Below, in pieces: positions 63,554 through 64,000 of a stretch of 64,000 nt of DNA; within the stretch, counting starts at the first letter, position 1; each line of letters starts with the position of its first letter. The notes below the pieces were generated by a model. That model saw nothing but the letters and a program-made list of their open reading frames with translations, searched no databases and was not told where the DNA came from. A program made the translations under genes and the position numbers. The stretch is from Patescibacteria group bacterium (GTDB taxonomy: Bacteria; Patescibacteriota; Gracilibacteria; UM-FILTER-43-11): assembly GCA_018813295.1 (NCBI GenBank), contig JAHJBZ010000066.1, positions 11,231 to 75,230 of the forward strand, in the 5' to 3' direction.

Positions 63554-64000
63554 TTATTTCATATATTTCTCAATATGCTCCTCCTTAACACGCTTCAATT
63601 CAGCTTTCGGCAAAATCTTAAGCAGTTCCCAGCCAAGATTTAGAGAATCTTCAATATCACGATCCTCATGCTCACCCTGGCGAATAAATTTATCTTCAAA
63701 AGCTACTGCAAACTTCATATAAGCACGATCGGTTTCATCAAGAGCTGCTTCACCAAGAATAACAGCAAGTTCGCGAACATCGTTACCGCGTGCATAAGAA
63801 GCATAAAGCTGGTTCATAACACCACTATGATCTTCGCGGGTTTTACCTTCACCAATACCTTTATCTTTCAGGCGGGAAAGTGAAGGAAGTACATCAACTG
63901 GCGGATAAATACCCTTACGATGAAGCTCACGACTCATTACAATCTGACCTTCTGTAATATAACCAGTTAAGTCAGGAATTGGGTGGGTAATGTCATCTTC
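63554..64000 (-). CDS. ntpB: V-type ATP synthase subunit B (C-terminal part; gene continues past the window edge)
   Basis: The frame is open to position 64000: [44 protein letters not shown], a hallmark V/A-ATPase B segment. The track Met at 63937 is internal. Confidence 0.9.
   Translation of the reverse strand, partial: EDDITHPIPDLTGYITEGQIVMSRELHRKGIYPPVDVLPSLSRLKDKGIGEGKTREDHSGVMNQLYASYARGNDVRELAVILGEAALDETDRAYMKFAVAFEDKFIRQGEHEDRDIEDSLNLGWELLKILPKAELKRVKEEHIEKYMK

Overview
This is an AT-rich bacterial chromosomal segment. Bacterial markers include an ECF sigma factor, DNA pol III delta', RecG, L25/Ctc, QueA and a PilBCMNOT type IV pilus set. The window is compact, has no rRNA, CRISPR array, integrase or transposase, and its gene leaders lack Shine-Dalgarno motifs. 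That style fits a small-genome, CPR/Patescibacteria-like organism, but the lineage assignment is only an inference. Standard code 11 fits: most ORFs end in TAA or TAG and a few in TGA. Recognisable content, in order: an RNA repair pair (rtcB, thpR); an SLH-domain surface protein; an ECF sigma with a membrane partner; a PerR-like/rubrerythrin/desulfoferrodoxin oxidative-stress unit; tRNA-Asp and tRNA-Leu; pyrF, holB, rplY, queA and ilvE; cobO divergent from a class II (B12) ribonucleotide reductase; a folate/biopterin-type MFS transporter; an SPFH protein; transketolase; a LOG-family protein; a 12-kb type IV pilus locus; recG; and V-type ATPase subunits D and B. The candidates most worth follow-up are as follows. 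(1) A RimK-like ATP-grasp ligase is fused to a DUF1704/MATCAP-type carboxypeptidase, next to a PKD-7TM protein and an array of acidic helical paralogs. (2) Two tandem 543-aa Cys-rich zinc-ribbon paralogs sit beside a B12-binding radical SAM enzyme. (3) A family of TTGTCTGAAC-terminated inverted-repeat elements occurs throughout the window, and one copy carries a GxxExxY (PD-(D/E)XK) gene. (4) A 60-bp GC-rich palindromic element is inserted in frame in a coding gene. (5) A rubrerythrin has an in-frame TGA at a conserved Cys. (6) Nearly every intergenic spacer is built from 7-14 bp degenerate tandem or mirror repeats. (7) Two unannotated mini-ORFs are present, one Lys-rich and one Cys-rich. (8) An ~0.7-kb ORF-free structured region lies between two convergent genes. 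All family assignments come from motif recognition by eye. No database search was run.
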